Positions 50,930-60,418 of a stretch of DNA of 64,000 nucleotides are shown here, piece after piece; the first letter of the stretch is position 1, and each line of letters begins with the position of its first letter. The position numbers and the translations under genes were made by a program. Source of the stretch: Prosthecodimorpha hirschii. GTDB taxonomy: Bacteria; Pseudomonadota; Alphaproteobacteria; Rhizobiales; Ancalomicrobiaceae. Below the pieces are notes generated by a model, which ran no database searches, was not told the DNA's origin, and saw only the letters and a program-made list of their open reading frames with translations. The stretch spans positions 2,381,618 to 2,445,617 of the forward strand of contig NZ_LJYW01000001.1 of the NCBI RefSeq assembly GCF_001305515.1. Reading direction: 5' to 3'.

Positions 50930-51159
50930 TCGCCGCCGGAATTGGGAGACCGTGCACTGCCCATTCTATTGTCCCCGCTATTGTTATTGTTAAGTCCACC
51001 ACGCGATATAATACCATTTCAGTCTGCTGGATGCTGTAGCCTAAGTAAGCACTCCGATCATATAAGCCAGACAATTTACTCGTTTACGGACGCAACATAG
51101 TTTGAAATGCGATTCCCGGCTATTCTCGTGAACTCAAAAGAATCAGCGAGGCCCGTCCG

Positions 51160-52398
51160 ATGAAACTAAGTAAAACCGAGATCGGAGAGAAATGGATAAG
51201 GCAATTCGCTATATGCGACCAACCCACGGCGGCCACTATGCTTGACGCGCTTATGTTATTAAATGAAGATCAGGTGTCCATCGCAATTAGGAGCACTCTC
51301 GACAGAATATGTAGAGGTTATCGCCATCGGAATAAGCGAATTGCCCTCTATGCAGAGCGAGAGTTTCAAGAGTCAGAAATTTTTCCTTCCATCCTCACGC
51401 CCGATCGCTACGGAGTACTTCGGCGGCGCGCTGTCGGATCGACAGGACCTTCAGCTGTTAAGCCGTTGCGCAATAGTCCTCGAGTCGGCAGCGAGGGGTT
51501 TATTGCTTTTCTAGCTTCTCAGCAGAAGGATGCATGGCCGAAAATTTTCAAAAACCATCCAGGTCCGGATCGCCTGCGCGCAAAATCGGCGCCGGCAGGC
51601 GAAATTATTATTCTCACGGATTTTATAGGTTCTGGAAATCGCATTCGCTCGATGCTTGATAAATTCTGGTCCGTCCCTAGTATCAAATCTTGGGTCTCGC
51701 GAAAATTAATCACTTTTCGAGTAGTTTCAGCGGCAGCAACAGATTCAGGTTTGAAAAATGTTCGACATCATAGACTAAGACCGGAAGTCATCAGTGAGTG
51801 GATCGCCCCAGTAGTTTATTCTTCTAGTTCACAAAATGTCAAGATCGAATGGTGTCAATTAATTGAAAACTACGGACCCCCGAACGGGCGCGGTTGTGGC
51901 AGATATGGTTTCGGTGGGGAAGCAGCTCTAATAGCATTCAGTTATCGCATTCCAAATAATACTCCTAACATTCTCCACCAAAGCGAAGGCGCATGGCACG
52001 CACTTTACGAGGGGCCCGCACCTACGGCACTATCTGCATTGTTTGGCATCCGCCCAATGTCACAGATCTTACAACTTGCCGCGTCAGCTAATGGAATTAA
52101 ATTGGAACCTTCGTTACTCGAATACGAAAAAAATATGATAATTATCTTAAGTCTTTTGCGCGGACGAATGTACACTGGATCAGAGATAGAATTAGCTGAG
52201 AAATGCGGAATTCCGGTTCCCATCATATTTGATATACTACGCGAAGCCTCGAAGAGAGGATTTATTACGAGCAATGGACGATTAACCGACGACGGCTATA
52301 AGTTTCTAAGGGCCGGCACCATCTGCGACAGGAAAAAACCTATCGTTGCAACTAGGCAAGAATCATATTATCCAAAATCGCTGAGGGTCCCACGATAG
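51160..52398 (+). CDS. retron-associated candidate effector: PRTase-like motif protein with C-terminal winged-helix-like region
   Basis: 412 aa, AT-rich codon usage; IIILTDFIGSGNRI resembles type I phosphoribosyltransferase PRPP-binding loop (hhhhxDhhxxGxx); directly upstream of retron ncRNA/RT, stop TAG embedded in TAGC next to a1. Confidence 0.5.
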   Translation: MKLSKTEIGEKWIRQFAICDQPTAATMLDALMLLNEDQVSIAIRSTLDRICRGYRHRNKRIALYAEREFQESEIFPSILTPDRYGVLRRRAVGSTGPSAVKPLRNSPRVGSEGFIAFLASQQKDAWPKIFKNHPGPDRLRAKSAPAGEIIILTDFIGSGNRIRSMLDKFWSVPSIKSWVSRKLITFRVVSAAATDSGLKNVRHHRLRPEVISEWIAPVVYSSSSQNVKIEWCQLIENYGPPNGRGCGRYGFGGEAALIAFSYRIPNNTPNILHQSEGAWHALYEGPAPTALSALFGIRPMSQILQLAASANGIKLEPSLLEYEKNMIIILSLLRGRMYTGSEIELAEKCGIPVPIIFDILREASKRGFITSNGRLTDDGYKFLRAGTICDRKKPIVATRQESYYPKSLRVPR

Positions 52399-52624
52399 CA
52401 TCTAGACTATGTCATTCGAAAGAATGGCCGTAATTGTGGATACTAATCCACTGTTGTGGGGAATGGAGTTTTCCATTGCCGTTGAAAGAGCACTCGAAAG
52501 CAGGTCCACGCCAGATCGTCCATCATGGCCCTTCGGGCCACCCCCTCGGAATGGCTCGGTTTGATGAACGATCCGGCGCGACTGGGCTGCGCTAAAGTAG
52601 ATGTCACACCCGTGGGACCCTCAG
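52381..52624 (+). ncRNA. retron non-coding RNA (msr-msd) bounded by 14-bp a1/a2 inverted repeats
   Basis: a1 CTGAGGGTCCCACG (52381-94) is exact reverse complement of a2 CGTGGGACCCTCAG (52611-24); TAGC immediately 3' of a1; internal hairpins GTGGAT-acta-ATCCAC, GGAATGGA-gttt-TCCATTgCC, GGCCC-ttc-GGGCC; a2 overlaps first codons of RT. Confidence 0.7.
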
Positions 52625-53755
52625 ACCTTCATATCAGGCGCCCGCAGTTTCGGTATCAGCGCGACAACCATCAACGCCTGCATTGCAACAGCAAATGCAA
52701 TAAAGAGAGTCCACCCCGACCTGCCGGTCATCTTTACGATCGAGCACCTTGCGCATTTAGTTGACGTTAACTCAAGTTTCCTGCAAGAAGTTGCCAATCG
52801 GAAGGTCGATGCATATCGTGTTTTCAGGGTAAAGAAGCGCGGCGTTTCCAATCTTGTGCCCACCCCTTCAAGGCGATACCGAACTATATGCGTACCAGAA
52901 CCGAATCTTATGAGGGTTCAGCGCTGGATAGCGCAAAATATTCTTCAAACAACGTCATCGCATGACGTAAGTTTTGCATTTATCAGGAATCGTGACATCA
53001 CAGATTCAGCGAAGCGCCACACTAATTCAAAGTGGCTAATCAAAATGGATGTGCGGCATTTTTTTGAGTCCATCTCTGAATCGGCAGTTTATCGCGTTTT
53101 TAGGTCTTTTGGGTACGGCGCGCTGCTATCTTTCCAAATGGCACGTATCTGTACACGACTACCCCGCTACAAAGGACGTGATGCTCCGCGGCTTCTCAGC
53201 CGAAGCGGCAAAGTACCATATCGTTCATATCCAATGGGGCACTTGCCACAAGGTGCACCGTCAAGTCCGATGCTTGCAAATCGTGCGGTTGAAGCACTCG
53301 ATTGCAGGCTCCAACGGATAGCACTTGGCGTAGGTTGGACCTACACTAGGTATGCAGATGATTTAGCATTTTCACGCACAACCACCGGAACACGCCACGA
53401 AGCGATGAGGCTGGTCAAACTTGTCGAGTACTCTTTGCGACATCACGGATTGGTGGCGCATCGCCAGAAGACCAGTATATCCCCTCCCGGTGGCAGAAAA
53501 ATTCTCCTAGGTATGCTAGTTGACACAGGTGAACCAAAACTCACTAAGGCGTTTCGTAATAACATCGAGACGCATCTCTATGCCCTTTTGCACAAAGATA
53601 TCGGCGCCGAACGGCATCGTGAGCATCGAGGTTTCTCATCGCTAATTGGAATGCGACGACATATATTAGGGCTGATCGCATACGCCCATCAAGTTAATAG
53701 TAAATACGCCTCTAAGCTTTACAAAAAATTCAATTCCGTTAACTGGATGCTATAG
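52601..53755 (+). CDS. retron-type reverse transcriptase
   Basis: 384 aa. Motifs: YRVFRVKKRG...RTICVPEPNLMRVQRWIAQNIL (RT0-1), LIKMDVRHFFESI (RT2), LPQGAPSSPMLANRAVEALD (RT4), YTRYADDLAFS (YADD, RT5), RKILLGMLVD-TG (retron VTG-region analogue). Start may be downstream of annotated ATG because it overlaps a2. Confidence 0.85.
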   Translation: MSHPWDPQTFISGARSFGISATTINACIATANAIKRVHPDLPVIFTIEHLAHLVDVNSSFLQEVANRKVDAYRVFRVKKRGVSNLVPTPSRRYRTICVPEPNLMRVQRWIAQNILQTTSSHDVSFAFIRNRDITDSAKRHTNSKWLIKMDVRHFFESISESAVYRVFRSFGYGALLSFQMARICTRLPRYKGRDAPRLLSRSGKVPYRSYPMGHLPQGAPSSPMLANRAVEALDCRLQRIALGVGWTYTRYADDLAFSRTTTGTRHEAMRLVKLVEYSLRHHGLVAHRQKTSISPPGGRKILLGMLVDTGEPKLTKAFRNNIETHLYALLHKDIGAERHREHRGFSSLIGMRRHILGLIAYAHQVNSKYASKLYKKFNSVNWML

Positions 53756-53978
53756 TAAATTAATGTTTTATTTTCAAATTGCACTAAGTGAATAATATAT
53801 AGTGAGAATCTGGGGTAAGAATTTTGATTCTTGAATGAATTCGCATCTACGTAAAAGATGCCCCACCCCTACGCCTTTCCCCTCATCTCCCCCGTTGACA
53901 CCCGTCCGCCGCCATCCTAACCTCCTTTCAAATAACAAAACGTCGTTTCATATAATGAAATGACCGGGACGGAAACAG

Positions 53979-54779
53979 ATGACGACCGAGGCGGACGACG
54001 CGTCGGGCAAGCTCGCGGGGGGGACCAGCACGCTGGATCTCGCGCTTCGGGTGCTCGACTTTCTGGTCGGCGAGAGCCGGCCCCAGGCGCTCGCGCAGAT
54101 CGCGGCGGCGCTCGGGGCGTCGAAGTCGACCGTCTATCGCCATCTGGTCACGCTCGGCCGGCACGGGCTGGTGCGCCAGGACCCGCAGACCGACCGCTAC
54201 GAGCCGGCCGTCAAGCTGGTCGTCTGGGGCGAGGCCGTCCGGGCGCGCTTCGACGTGATGACGGCGGCGCGCGACGTGATGGTGCGGCTGCGCGACGAGA
54301 CCGCCCAGGCGGTCACGCTGTGCGGTCCCATGGACGGCGGCGGGGTGGTGGTGCTGGAACTGATCCAGGGCCGCACCGTGATCGAGTTCGGCACCCGACC
54401 GGGCACCCGGCTCGACTATCACGCCTCCGCGCATGGCCGCGTCTGGCTCGCCTTCGGGGCCGCCGCGCGGCGCGAGGCGGCGCTCGCCGGCCCGCTGCGC
54501 CAGTGGACGCAGCATACCCTCACCGACCCGGCCGCGCTCCGGCGCGAGATCGAGGCGATCCGGGCGCGCGGCTGGGCCACCGCCCCCGACGAGATCGTCA
54601 TTGCCGTCAACGCCCTCGCCGCGCCGGTCTTCGACCATCGCGGCGAGCAGGTCGGCTCGCTCGCCATTGCCGGGCCGACGCAATTCATTCCCTCACCCCC
54701 CACCGAGGCCCAGATCCGGGCCGTCCTCGCCGCCGCACAGGACATCTCCCGGCAGCTGGGCTGGAGCGCGAAGCCATGA
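53979..54779 (+). CDS. IclR-family transcriptional regulator
   Basis: N-terminal HTH LAQIAAALGASKSTVYRHL plus IclR effector domain. Confidence 0.9.
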   Translation: MTTEADDASGKLAGGTSTLDLALRVLDFLVGESRPQALAQIAAALGASKSTVYRHLVTLGRHGLVRQDPQTDRYEPAVKLVVWGEAVRARFDVMTAARDVMVRLRDETAQAVTLCGPMDGGGVVVLELIQGRTVIEFGTRPGTRLDYHASAHGRVWLAFGAAARREAALAGPLRQWTQHTLTDPAALRREIEAIRARGWATAPDEIVIAVNALAAPVFDHRGEQVGSLAIAGPTQFIPSPPTEAQIRAVLAAAQDISRQLGWSAKP

Positions 54780-56839
54780 CCTATTCCCTGGCCGTCGATA
54801 TCGGCGGCACCTTCACCGATATCGTGCTCAGGAAGTCCGACGGCTCGCTCACCGTCGACAAGACGCTGACCACCCATGACGACCTGCTGCGCGGCTTCTT
54901 CGGCGGCGTGCATGCGGTGCTGGCCAAGGCCGGCATCGAGGCCCGCGACGTGAACGGCGTCGTCGTGCACGCCACCACGGTGGTCACCAATGCGCTGATC
55001 GAGCGCAAGGGACCGCCGACCGCGCTGGTCGTCACCGAGGGCTTCCGCGATGTGCTCGTGATCCGCAACGAGCACCGCTACGATATGTACGATCCGCAGA
55101 TCGAATTCCCCGAGCCGCTGGTGCCCGAGCACCTGACCTTCGGGCTCGCCGAGCGCACGCTCGCCGACGGCACGGTGACGCGCGTGCCGGACGACGCCGA
55201 GATCGAGGCCCTGGCGGCGGCGATCCGCGCGTCGGGCGCGCAGTCGGTCGCGATCTGCTTCCTCAATGCCTTCGCCAATCCGGCCAACGAGACCAAGGTC
55301 GCCGGCGCGCTCACCCGGCTGCTGCAGGATGTCTTCGTCTGCACCTCGTCCGACGTGGCGCCGCAGATCCGCGAATATCCGCGCGCCTCGACGACCACCG
55401 TCAACGCCTATGCGATGCCGATCTCGCTGCCGTATCTGAGGCGGCTAACCACCCGCCTCGACCAGGAGGGTATCGGCCAGACGCCGCTGATCATGCTCTC
55501 CTCCGGCGGGGTCGTCGGCGCGGAGACGGCCGGGCGCAATCCGGTGCGCATGATCGAGAGCGGCCCGGCCGCCGGCGCGCTCGCCGCCTGCCACTATGCC
55601 GAGATCCTCGGCATCGACCGGCTGATGTCCTTCGACATGGGCGGCACCACCGCCAAGGCCTGCCTGATCGAGAACCGCACCCCGCTGGTCACCGGCCTGT
55701 TCGAGGTCGACCGCCGCTATCGCTTCAAGGAAGGCAGCGGCATCCCGGTCACGGTGCCGTCGATCGACCTGATCGAGATCGGCGCCGGCGGCGGCTCGAT
55801 CGCCCGCATCGACGATCTCGGGCTCCTGAAGGTCGGCCCGGACAGCGCCGGATCCGATCCGGGACCGGCCTGCTACGGCCGCGGCGGGCAGGGCGCCACC
55901 GTCACCGACGCCGACCTGATGCTCGGCCTGATCGACGCCGACAACTTCCTCGGCGGCGAGATGAAACTCGACCGCGCCGCCACCGAAGCCGCGCTCACCC
56001 GCCTCGGCAGCGCGCTCGGCGCCTCGCCGGTGCAGGCCGCGCGCGGCATCTACCGGGTGGTCACCGAGGCGATGGCCAATGCGGCACGCAGCCACGCCAC
56101 CGACCGCGGCGTCGACTATCGCGGCCTGCCGCTGTTCGCCTTCGGCGGCGCCGGCCCGCTGCATGCCTGCGGGGTCGCCGAACTGCTGCAGAGCTCGTCC
56201 GTGATCGTGCCGCCGCAATCGAGCGTGCTGTCGGCCTTCGGCACGCTGGTCACGCCGGTCCGGCTCGATCTGGTCCGCTCCGATCTGGTCCGCCTCGATG
56301 CGGTCGATTGGGCGCGCGTCGAGCGCATCCTCGGCGACCTGGAGCGCGAGGGCCGCGCGGCGCTGCGCGAGGCCGGCTGCACGGATGCGGAAATGCGCAT
56401 CCGGATCGGCGCCGACATGCGCTATTCCGGCCAGCAGAACGAGGTCCCGGTGACCTTCGCCGCGGATCCGCGCCGGACCCGCGACGTGGCCGCCATCGCG
56501 GCGATCTTCGCCGAGGATTACCGCGTCCTCTACGGCGTCAATCCCTCGCATGTGCCGATGGAGATCGTCACCTGGCGCGTGGTCGTCGAGGGGCCGCCGA
56601 TCCGCTTCCACGCCGCCGGCCGCCCGGCCGCCGCGGCCGGCGAGGCGCGCCGCGTCCGCCCGGTCCATGCCTGGCAGGACGACCAGCCGGTCGCCGTCTG
56701 GAACCGGGCCGACCTCGCCGTCGGCCAGACCATCCAAGGCCCGGCGATCATCGAGGAGCGCGAGACCACCACGGCCATCCCGCCGGGCTGGAGCGCCACC
56801 ATCGACCCCGTCGGCTGCATCGTCGCCACCAAGGCCTGA
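54776..56839 (+). CDS. hyuA: hydantoinase/oxoprolinase A subunit (HyuA family)
   Basis: LAVDIGGTFTD N-terminal ASKHA motif; 687 aa; ATGA overlap with iclR. Confidence 0.88.
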   Translation: MTYSLAVDIGGTFTDIVLRKSDGSLTVDKTLTTHDDLLRGFFGGVHAVLAKAGIEARDVNGVVVHATTVVTNALIERKGPPTALVVTEGFRDVLVIRNEHRYDMYDPQIEFPEPLVPEHLTFGLAERTLADGTVTRVPDDAEIEALAAAIRASGAQSVAICFLNAFANPANETKVAGALTRLLQDVFVCTSSDVAPQIREYPRASTTTVNAYAMPISLPYLRRLTTRLDQEGIGQTPLIMLSSGGVVGAETAGRNPVRMIESGPAAGALAACHYAEILGIDRLMSFDMGGTTAKACLIENRTPLVTGLFEVDRRYRFKEGSGIPVTVPSIDLIEIGAGGGSIARIDDLGLLKVGPDSAGSDPGPACYGRGGQGATVTDADLMLGLIDADNFLGGEMKLDRAATEAALTRLGSALGASPVQAARGIYRVVTEAMANAARSHATDRGVDYRGLPLFAFGGAGPLHACGVAELLQSSSVIVPPQSSVLSAFGTLVTPVRLDLVRSDLVRLDAVDWARVERILGDLEREGRAALREAGCTDAEMRIRIGADMRYSGQQNEVPVTFAADPRRTRDVAAIAAIFAEDYRVLYGVNPSHVPMEIVTWRVVVEGPPIRFHAAGRPAAAAGEARRVRPVHAWQDDQPVAVWNRADLAVGQTIQGPAIIEERETTTAIPPGWSATIDPVGCIVATKA

Positions 56840-56851
56840 GGAACACGCCCG

Positions 56852-58420
56852 ATGACCCGCGATCTCACCCGCATCGATGCCGTCGAGCTCGAAATCCTCT
56901 GGTCGAACCTGATCGGCATGGTGACCGAGCGCGCCAAGGCGTTGCAGCGCATCGCCTTCAGCCCGATCGTGCGCGAGGCCGGCGACCTCGCCTATGCGCT
57001 GTTCGACCAGCGCGGCCGCATGGTCGCCCAGGCCAATACCGGCACGCCCGGCCACATCAACTCGCTCGCCTTTGCCGGCAAACATCTGGCCGGCCTGTTC
57101 ACCGGCAAGGTCGAGCCGGGCGACGTGCTGATCACCAACGATCCCTGGCTGTCGGCCGGGCACTTCTTCGACATCACCACCCTGACGCCGATCTTCAACG
57201 GCGCGGCGGTGATCGGCTGGGTCGGCTCGACCATCCACCACACCGATATCGGCGGCTACGGCATCGGCGCCGGCGCCCGCGATGTGCATGAGGAAGGGCT
57301 CTGGATCCCGCCGCTCAAGCTCTACGAGCGCGGCGTGCCGAATGCCGTCCTGCACGACATCATCCGCCGCAACGTGCGCACCCCGGACGCGGTCTTTGGT
57401 GATCTCGCCGCCCAGGTCTCGGCCGGACGGACGGCCTCGGAACATCTGGTCGCGCTGTGCGAACGGCACGGCCTCGCCGATATCGAGGGACTGTCGGACG
57501 AGATCCTGCGCCGTTCCGAAGAGGCCACGCGCGCCGCGATCCGCAAGCTGACGCCCGGCACCTATCACGGCGTCTCGCGCTTCGACGTGCCGGGCGGCGA
57601 GATCATCACCCTCAAGGCCGCGGTCACCATCGATGCCGAGGCCGGCCATATCGTGGTCGATTTCGACGGCTCCTCGATGCAGACCACGACCGGCATCAAC
57701 GTGGTGCTGAACTACACCCACGCCTATTCGACCTTCGCGGTCCGCTCCTGCCTGAACCCGGAGCTGCCGAACAATTCCGGCTCGCTCGCGCCGATCGAAG
57801 TGCGCGCGCCGCTCGGCTCGATCATCAATTGCGAGTATCCGGCGCCGGTCAACGCGCGCCACGTCGTCGGCATGTATGTGCCGATGCCGATCCTGAAGGC
57901 GCTGCACCAGGTCATGCCGGACCGGGTGCTGGCCGAGGGCTCGGGCGCGGTCTGGACCATCCAGATCCAGGGCAAGCGCTCGGACGGGCGCGCCTTCACC
58001 TCGTCGATGTTCAACTATTCGGGCGGCATGGGCGCGCGCGCCGGCAAGCCCGGGCCGAGCGCGACCTGCTACCCGACCGGCGTCGCGGCCGTGCCGGTCG
58101 AGATCCTGGAAGCCTCGATGCCGATCGTGTTCGACCGCAAGGAGCTGCGCCGCGGCTCCGGCGGCGCCGGCCGGATGCGCGGCGGCGACGGCCAGTCGAT
58201 CGGCTTCCACATGAACACCGACCAGCCCTGGCTGCTGAATGCCGTCCCGAGCCGCATGGAAGACGGACCGGAAGGCATCGGCGGCGGCGAGGCCGGTGCG
58301 CCCGGCCGCTTCCTGATCAACGGCGAACCGGTCAGCCAGGCGCGCAAACTGTCGATGAATCCGGGCGACGCGGTGCTGCTGGAGACGCCCGGCGGCGGCG
58401 GTTTCGGCCCGAAGGCATGA
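56852..58420 (+). CDS. hyuB: hydantoinase B/oxoprolinase B subunit (HyuB family)
   Basis: 522 aa; typical HyuB motifs DPWLSAGHFFDIT; 21-bp duplication of 3' end just downstream. Confidence 0.88.
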   Translation: MTRDLTRIDAVELEILWSNLIGMVTERAKALQRIAFSPIVREAGDLAYALFDQRGRMVAQANTGTPGHINSLAFAGKHLAGLFTGKVEPGDVLITNDPWLSAGHFFDITTLTPIFNGAAVIGWVGSTIHHTDIGGYGIGAGARDVHEEGLWIPPLKLYERGVPNAVLHDIIRRNVRTPDAVFGDLAAQVSAGRTASEHLVALCERHGLADIEGLSDEILRRSEEATRAAIRKLTPGTYHGVSRFDVPGGEIITLKAAVTIDAEAGHIVVDFDGSSMQTTTGINVVLNYTHAYSTFAVRSCLNPELPNNSGSLAPIEVRAPLGSIINCEYPAPVNARHVVGMYVPMPILKALHQVMPDRVLAEGSGAVWTIQIQGKRSDGRAFTSSMFNYSGGMGARAGKPGPSATCYPTGVAAVPVEILEASMPIVFDRKELRRGSGGAGRMRGGDGQSIGFHMNTDQPWLLNAVPSRMEDGPEGIGGGEAGAPGRFLINGEPVSQARKLSMNPGDAVLLETPGGGGFGPKA

Positions 58421-58547
58421 TGGGCTTCGGCACCGAGGCCCTGGCGGGCTTCGGCCCGAAGGCATGACCGGCCGAGGGCGGCCGCAGAATGCCGCCCCGA
58501 CCGCGCGACATCGAGAATCCCCAAAAACATCCACGGAGGAAACGGCA

Positions 58548-59696
58548 ATGGATACCAGAGACCAGATCAAGACCGCCCTGGCGGCGCTGCTTCTCTCGGC
58601 CGGGTTTGCGAGCCCGGCGACGGCCGCCGACGGCGTCTACAAGATCGGCATCTCGGCCGGCCTGACCGGCTATGCGGCGACCGTCGACCGCGCCTGGCGC
58701 GACGGCGTCCAGATCGCCGCCGAGGCGGTCAATGCGCGCGGCGGCGTGCTCGGCCGCAAGCTGGAAGTGGTGGTCGAGGACAACCGCTCCGAGCCGCAGG
58801 AGGCCGTCACGGTCTACCGCAAGATGATCTCGTCCGATCAGGTCGACATCTTCATTTCCGGCTGCGTCTCGGCCGGCAACTTCGCCGCCGCCCCGATGGT
58901 GGTGAAGGCCGAGATCCCGATGATGCTGTGCTCGATCCTGCCGCAGCAGCCCGCGCAGGTGAAATGGGCCTTCTCGACCCTGCCGCCGGCCGGCTTCGAG
59001 GTCGAGAAGCGCTTCGAATATCTGAAGGAGCAGACCGACATCCGCAAGGTCGGCGTGCTGCACGACCCGACCCCCTACGCGCTGCTGCAGAAGGGCGTCG
59101 CCGAGAAGGTCGCGGCCAAATACGGCATTGAGGTCGTCGCGGTCGAAGCCTACAAGCAGGATGACGCCGATCTCTCCGTGCAGCTCGGCAAGATGCAGGC
59201 GGCCGGCGCCGGCGCGGTCCTGAAGATCGGCCTCGGCGGCACCACGCTGACGGCAGCCAAGAACCTGAAGCAGCTCGGCTCCAAGATGCTGCTCCTGACC
59301 TCGCTGGAAGACCTCGCGGTGTTCCGCCCGGTCGCCGAAGTGCTCGGCGAACAGTTCTTCTTCGTCGCCTCGCCGTCGCAGGTCTACGAGACCCTTCCCG
59401 AGGGCGCGCTGAAGACCGAGATCGGCAAGTTCCTGGTGCCGTGGCGGGCGAAGTTCGCCGATCGCGACCCGAACTGGGCCTCGCGCGGCTGGGACGGCGT
59501 GATGCTCGCGGTCGCGGCGATCGAGAAGGGCAAGTCGGCCTCCGGTCCGGCGGTGCGCGACGCGATCGAGGCCATCACCGGCTGGCAGGGCACCACCGGC
59601 ACCTACGATTTCGGCCCCGAACAGCACCAGGGCATCACCAAGAACCCCTTCGTGATCGCCACCATTGCCGGCGGCAAGATCAAAATCGTGAAGTGA
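58548..59696 (+). CDS. ABC transporter periplasmic substrate-binding protein (branched-chain amino acid/amide LivK-like)
   Basis: signal peptide then YKIGISAGLTG; type I PBP fold; GGAGGA RBS. Confidence 0.85.
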   Translation: MDTRDQIKTALAALLLSAGFASPATAADGVYKIGISAGLTGYAATVDRAWRDGVQIAAEAVNARGGVLGRKLEVVVEDNRSEPQEAVTVYRKMISSDQVDIFISGCVSAGNFAAAPMVVKAEIPMMLCSILPQQPAQVKWAFSTLPPAGFEVEKRFEYLKEQTDIRKVGVLHDPTPYALLQKGVAEKVAAKYGIEVVAVEAYKQDDADLSVQLGKMQAAGAGAVLKIGLGGTTLTAAKNLKQLGSKMLLLTSLEDLAVFRPVAEVLGEQFFFVASPSQVYETLPEGALKTEIGKFLVPWRAKFADRDPNWASRGWDGVMLAVAAIEKGKSASGPAVRDAIEAITGWQGTTGTYDFGPEQHQGITKNPFVIATIAGGKIKIVK

Positions 59697-60418
59697 TGGC
59701 ACCCGACCCGCACGCGCCGCTGCTCCAGGTCCGCGGACTGACCGCCCGCTACGGTCATGTCCGCGCCCTGGAGGCGACCGACCTCACCGTCGATCGCGGC
59801 GAACTCGTCGCGATCCTCGGCCCGAACGGCGCCGGCAAATCGACGCTCCTGCGCGCCATCCTGGGCCTCGTCGCCAATACCGGCGAGGTCCGCTCCGAGG
59901 GCGTGGTGCTGCCGCGGGCCGATCCGGTCGCGGTCGCCTCGGCCGGCATCGTGCTGGTCCCGGAGGGCCGCGGCATCTTCGGACCGATGACGGTCGCCGA
60001 GAATCTGCGGCTCGGCGCCTACCGGGTCCGCGACCGGCGGGAGGTCGAGCGGCGGCTCGCGCGCACCTTCGAGCTGTTCCCGCGCCTCTCGGAGCGGCTC
60101 GGCCAGACGGCCGGGTCGATGTCGGGCGGCGAGCAGCAGATGGTCGCCATCGGCCGCGCGCTGATGGCCGACCCGAAGGTGCTGCTGCTCGACGAACCCT
60201 CGCTCGGCCTCGCGCCGCGCGTTACCGCGGAGATCCTGGAGACGCTGCGACGGCTCAACCAGTCCGGCCTCTCGGTCGTGCTGGTCGAGCAGAAGGCGCC
60301 ATTGGCGCTGGAACTGGCGGTGCGCGTCCATCTCCTTTCGCTCGGCCGCACCGTCGCGGTGATCTCCCCCGATCAGGTGAAGTCGCATGACGAACTCGCC
60401 CGCTACTACTTCGCCTGA
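59696..60418 (+). CDS. ABC transporter ATP-binding protein (LivF-like)
   Basis: GPNGAGKSTLL Walker A, LSGGEQQM signature. Confidence 0.9.
   Translation: MAPDPHAPLLQVRGLTARYGHVRALEATDLTVDRGELVAILGPNGAGKSTLLRAILGLVANTGEVRSEGVVLPRADPVAVASAGIVLVPEGRGIFGPMTVAENLRLGAYRVRDRREVERRLARTFELFPRLSERLGQTAGSMSGGEQQMVAIGRALMADPKVLLLDEPSLGLAPRVTAEILETLRRLNQSGLSVVLVEQKAPLALELAVRVHLLSLGRTVAVISPDQVKSHDELARYYFA

Larger units (their letters stand above)
50950..53960. mobile_element. ~3 kb low-GC (approx 40% vs 70%) horizontally acquired islet carrying a retron; no integrase
   Basis: Abrupt GC and codon-usage shift beginning right after RNA module 7 and ending before iclR-family gene; contains only effector, ncRNA and RT. 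Confidence 0.7.

Noticed and set aside
49215-50940. CRISPR array
   Set aside because: Repeats are heterogeneous structured modules, not uniform short repeats with unique spacers; no cas genes
55445-58570. 1041-aa minus-strand ORF
   Set aside because: Antisense to hyuA/hyuB
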